The position numbers were made by a program, and so were the translations under genes. Below the pieces are notes generated by a model. The model did not search any database and had not been told where the DNA came from. It worked only from the letters and a program-made list of their open reading frames with translations. Positions 59,401-64,000 of a stretch of 64,000 bases of DNA are shown here, one piece after another (position 1 is the stretch's first letter; the number at the start of each line of letters is the position of its first letter). The DNA comes from Paramoeba atlantica (lineage: Eukaryota > Protista > Discosea), in contig CDRNVI010000138.1 in assembly GCA_977017575.1 (NCBI GenBank), forward strand, positions 1 to 64,000. The letters run 5' to 3'.

Positions 59401-62400
59401 GAGGAACATTTCTTCCACGTGACGCTAGCCGTCCTCCTGCAACCTCTGATTTATCGACAATTCATCTTGATCCACCCCCTCTACTCGCTCTTCCCCCTCA
59501 ATTGAGCATGGCGGAACACGTTATGAAGTGCGTTGAAATGAATTGGATGCCAATTTTAATTGGTCCCGCAGGAAGTGGAAAGACGTCACTCATTAGATAT
59601 TTGGCAAAGTTGTCTGGGAGGGTATTAGATGTTTTTGCAATGAATAGCAGTGTTGATACCATGGAACTTTTGGGTGGATATGAGCAGGTGGAAGAAGGGA
59701 GATATCGAAGGCGGGTGATTGAGATTTTGTCCGATGTTGTTGAATGTCTTTTAAGGTGTTTATTATTGAGGTTTTATCAAGGTGAAGTGGAGGGTTTGAA
59801 GCGTCATAGTAATGTTGATGCAACATTGAGTGCTGTAGGAGAGGGTCAGGTTTGTTTGGATAAGATGAATGAGATTTTGGATTTGTGGAGAGTTGTCAGG
59901 TTTCATCATCTTTCTTCTTCTTCTACTCCTTCTTCTTGGAAGGTGAAGAAAGAGATGGTGTTGCAGCTGTTTGGGTTGATTGAAAAAACTTCAGTTTCAT
60001 TTTTCATTCCAATTCCAACAACTCCCAACACTCAGAACAAACAAGAAGAATCGGAAACATCTTCTTCTCTCCCTTCCTCTCTCTTCTTTAACCACACAAT
60101 CCACAAAACATGTTCGTCATCCCCTTCACTCCAAGAAACAAAAGCAACCATTCAACAATGGGCCGACATCCTCGCCGAACAGAGCGTCTCGGGAAAATTC
60201 GAGTGGGTCGATGGGATGCTCCTTCGAGCGATGCGAGATGGCCACTGGCTATTAATAGACAATGTCAATTTTTGTGCTCCAACAGTATTGGATCGTCTCA
60301 ATCCGTTAGTAGAACCAGGCGGCTCCCTAATTGTAAATGAAAGAGGCACACTCTCAAATGGGGAATTACATGTGGCAAAACCTCATCCAAATTTCCGGTT
60401 ATTTTTGACTATGGATGCGGCGAGTGGGGAGGTGTCACGTGCAATGAGGAATCGGGGAGTCGAGATGGTGATTCTTCCCCCTTGTTCGTCAAGTGCTGCG
60501 GCTGGTTCTTTCTTTTTTCTTTTTTGTTTTCACTTCTCTCCTCTTGATTTAACATTTTTTATTCTTTTTTAGATACACTCATCAAAGCCGAAAAAGTCCC
60601 TCCAGTTTGGTCATCCAATCTTCTCCACATTCATAAAATCTCAATGGAATTTCTCTCAAATCTCTCCTCATCTACACACAATGATTCAATCCGTCAACTG
60701 CTTCAATGTGTTCGGTTAACAATTCAGCAACTTGAGTTAGGGAGTCACGTTTCTTCTTCGCTTTGTCACTCAATTTATCAGGTTTATGGTGGAGATGTAG
60801 TCACGTTTTTGAGAGAGGGAGAGAGAGAGAAGGAAAAAGAGGAAGGAGAGAATGTGGTGATGGAAGAGAGAGAATCTTCTCTTTCTTCTTCTCTTTCTTC
60901 TCTTTCTTCTTCATCTATCTCGACCCACTCTCTTCTCTGTGGTTGGAAAGAGTTCTCTCCTTCTCTATTTCAAGATTCTTCTCTCTCCTCTCTCTCTTCT
61001 TCTGTCTCTCTTCTCTTTGATGTTTCTTCTCTTCTCGCCAACCAATATCTCTCCTTTTTGTTTTGGAAAGAGAGAGAAGAGAAAGAAGAAGAAAAAGAGA
61101 AAGAAAGGAGAGTGATGGTGAAAGAATATATTGAAATAGATCCTTTGTGTCTTCGTTCTGTTGAACCCTCTCTTCTTTCTGAAATCTCTTGTCCTTCTTC
61201 TCTCTCTCCTTCTTCTCCTTCCTCTTCTTCTTCTTTCCCATTCTCTACTCTCTCTACTCTCTCTTGTCAAGTTCCAAAAGAACCTCTCTCACCTTTAAAA
61301 GGAGTCTCTCTTGAGAATTTAGGAACAATTTTGGTTTCTTTGATTGTCGAAATTATCCCTTCTTCTCTTTCTCCTCTCTCTTTTCTCTCTTCTTCTTCTT
61401 CTTCTCTTCCTCTCTCTTCTTCCCAAAAAGAAGAACTTTCGAAAATGATTCTTCTTTCTCTCACTCCAGTTAAAACAATTTTGAAAATTTCAAGAAAAGT
61501 GAGAGCGGAAAGAAAAATTGAGAAGGGAGAAAAGAAAATAAAGAGAGAAGGAGAAGAAGAAAAAGAGACTGAAAGAGAGAGAGAAGAGAGAGAGAAAGAA
61601 GAGAGGTGGGAGAGAAAACTTTCTCTTTTTGTGGAGCAAGTGGAGTGGGGTGTTTCTGCTCTTTGTTTTGTTTATCAAAACGACGCAGTTTTTTCTCTAC
61701 AAAATGTAGTAAAGGAGAAATTGTTTTCTTCTCTTTCTTCTTCTTCTTCTCTTTCTTCTTCTCTCTCTCCTTCTCTCTTTCTTCTTACAGATCAACCTCT
61801 TGACGTGTTTCAAAATGAGCCTCTCTTTCGTCAATTATTTGGTTTTTTTTCTTTATTATATTTTCTTCTTTTTTTTCTTTTCATTCTCTTTCTTTTTCTG
61901 ACACTACTCAAAAAAGGGAGAGAGAGAGAAGAGAGAGAAAAGAGAAAGAGAGGATTTGCGCCTTTGTTTCCTTCAACAGATACAGCTCTCTTATTGTGTG
62001 GAGAGAGAAGAGAGAGAGAAGAGAATAGTGAAGGAGAGAAAGAAGAAGAAATATCTTCTCTTTCATCTCTTTCTTCTCTCTTGAAGTTGGCATATTTTCT
62101 CTCTTTTCAAGAGAAAAAAGAGAAGTTTCTTTTTGAGAGGTTTCTTTTTTTATTTCTTTCTTGAATTTTTCTTCTTCTTTGTTGTTAATACAATTTCTTT
62201 TTTTTTTTTTATTTTTTAGTGCAACATCAAAAGAAGATGAAGACAAAACACTGCTTCAAATGTCACGTGAAACCTATTTCCAAAAATTGGACCCCTCCGA
62301 TCTCCCTCCTCTTCTCTCTCCCCTCATACAAAATCTCTACCCTTTTCTCCTCTCTCTTGACAATCTTCTCTCTTCTCTCGTCAAAAAATCAGCTTCTTTT

Positions 62401-64000
62401 CTCCCTTCTTCTCTCTCTTCTTCTTCTTCTTCTTCTTCTCTCTTCCAAGAAAAATTTATTCAAAATCTCATCTCCCTTTTTGAATTAAGGGTCTATTTAT
62501 CAGATAATCTGGACCAAAGAAAGTTAAATAAGCCCACCCTCTTAGATATATGGAACACTCTCTCTCTTCATGTCAAACAATTATTAGCCCCAATTCTGAG
62601 CAATGACCCTAAATCTAATTCGTCATCTCTCACAATTGCAAGAGTGAGAGATCTCCCTGTTTCAATTTCAGGACCCAATTTTTCGGCTCTTCTTCGTGAC
62701 ATCTTCCACACCACTGGTACAAACACAAACCTTGAGCACTTTTTGCATTTTTATAATGCATTTGAGGAACAAATCTTCCTGTTAATTCGACCAGAAACTT
62801 CCATTATTTCGACCCCTCGATCTGGTGGGAAGAGCGCTCTCTTGGGTACATTATCTTCGACGATTATGGCAAATTATCAAAAAAGGTGTGGTAATGTGGC
62901 GACATTTCGGTGCCAACTTTTATTTTTACTTTTTGAGAGATTGAAGAGAGTGTCTAGAGATTTATTTTCACATCGAAATGATCCCTTTAATATGGATGGA
63001 AGTTTTAGTGACCCGCTTCCATTAGCTGTGCGTCTTCAAAGTGACACCAAATTTTCTCAAAAAAGGGGAGACATTCACGAGTCGATTTTAGAGGGAATTG
63101 GGACCATTTGGAAACTGAATGGTGATCCTGGATTTGTGGCTGCCATTCGATCTGTTGAGGAAAGAGAAGAAATAAGAGAAGAACAAAGTGATGGAGAGGA
63201 TTCGTTTATTCAGAGAGTTTTGAAGAAAATTCAAGGGAGCGGTTTTGGTCAAGTTATCACAGATTTTTCATCGAAAGTTGATTTATTGCGTTCTGTCACA
63301 AAGGTGTGTGAATTTTTGGAAAAAGATGTGGCTGGTTTTTCTTCTGTGACTGCTCTTTCGAGCGTGACACCATCGTTGTTTAAGGGGGAAATTCTTCCAG
63401 AGTTAGGTCGATTCCAATTTAAACCTGAGCTGGTGGGACTTTTTGAAGATTTACATTCGTTGCGAACTCAATTTTCTGTGACTCCTCAACTCTTACATCG
63501 TGTTATGCGTCACTTTTCTCAATTTGAGAAATCAACGGTGTTGAGTGGAGACGGAGAGACCCTTTCTTCTTCTCTTTCTTCTTCTCTTTCCTCTCTTTCT
63601 GAAATGGTCGCACATATTCTCAATTTAGGGGGAGGTTTGATGAAAGGGACCATACCCCCCACTGACTTTGTCCCCTTTTTATTATTATTGTGGGAATTGA
63701 ATCAAAGTGAAGAAGAGAGAAGAGAGAAAGAAGAGAATACTCTATCAAAGGTTTGAATTCTTGGTTTTGTAAAAAAATAATTGAAGAAAAAAAAAACTAA
63801 TTTCTTGAAATAGAGAGAGAAAAAGAAAGCACTTCGATTGGGTGGTGTTTTTGAAGAAATTGACCATTCTTTTTCCTCTCGTTTGTGGGACTCACCATTC
63901 TCTTCTCTTTTGCCATTATTGGACCAGGTTTTCCTTTCTTTCTTTTTAATTAATCCCTTCTCAAAATTTCATAATTTAAAAATATTCTTTTTGCAAAACC
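48616..64000 (+). CDS. MDN1: Midasin/Rea1 AAA+ ATPase, 5' part (continues beyond the window), many exons
   Basis: Six MoxR-type AAA modules: GIPGSGK, CGETG|AGKT, GPTSSGKT, VGETGC|GKT, LEGSPGVGK and IGPAGSGKT, with WVLLDE(I/L)NLA, HPNFRLFACMNP and SRA(F/M)RNR motifs. Linker region follows; the MIDAS domain is not in the window. Confidence 0.97.

Noticed and set aside
11377-64000. Minor (U12) or non-GT-AG introns
   Set aside because: All introns I could join in frame are GT-AG and none showed the GTATCCT/ATATCCT donor. Not every junction was resolved.

Overview
Left end of a eukaryotic (protist-like) chromosome. The lineage is not determined; the Frizzled/Smoothened-like GPCR and GTT-type splice donors are compatible with Amoebozoa. 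A (CCCTAAA)n telomere (1-815) is followed by an ~11 kb subtelomeric mobile-element zone and then a dense block of intron-rich, alternately oriented housekeeping genes: Fsl-like GPCR, TBC1D22, multi-TM class-3 lipase, POLE, HAD hydrolase, SSR3, NTMT1, ISCU, USP, TBC1D23-like, RPS10, PSMD6, ATP6V1F, an LRR/Cys-rich protein, MAF1 and the 5' part of midasin, which runs off the window. The most unusual part is 2.4-11.2 kb. It holds a 6.7 kb decayed P-superfamily DNA transposon (17-bp TIR starting CACAG, 8-bp TSD, D..D..DxxH core) whose reading frame continues into a DEDDh exonuclease domain, and which is CpG-depleted with many in-frame TGA stops. Next to it is a structurally perfect tRNA-Ser(AGA) gene split after the D-arm by a 182-bp insert carrying an 88-bp palindrome. 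A second TIR element sits in an AAATTT target, and both elements end 46 bp from the tRNA. A Wntless/TMEM181-like membrane domain fused to a class-3 lipase is the most unusual host protein. All gene models, alignments and counts were made by eye; no database searches were run.
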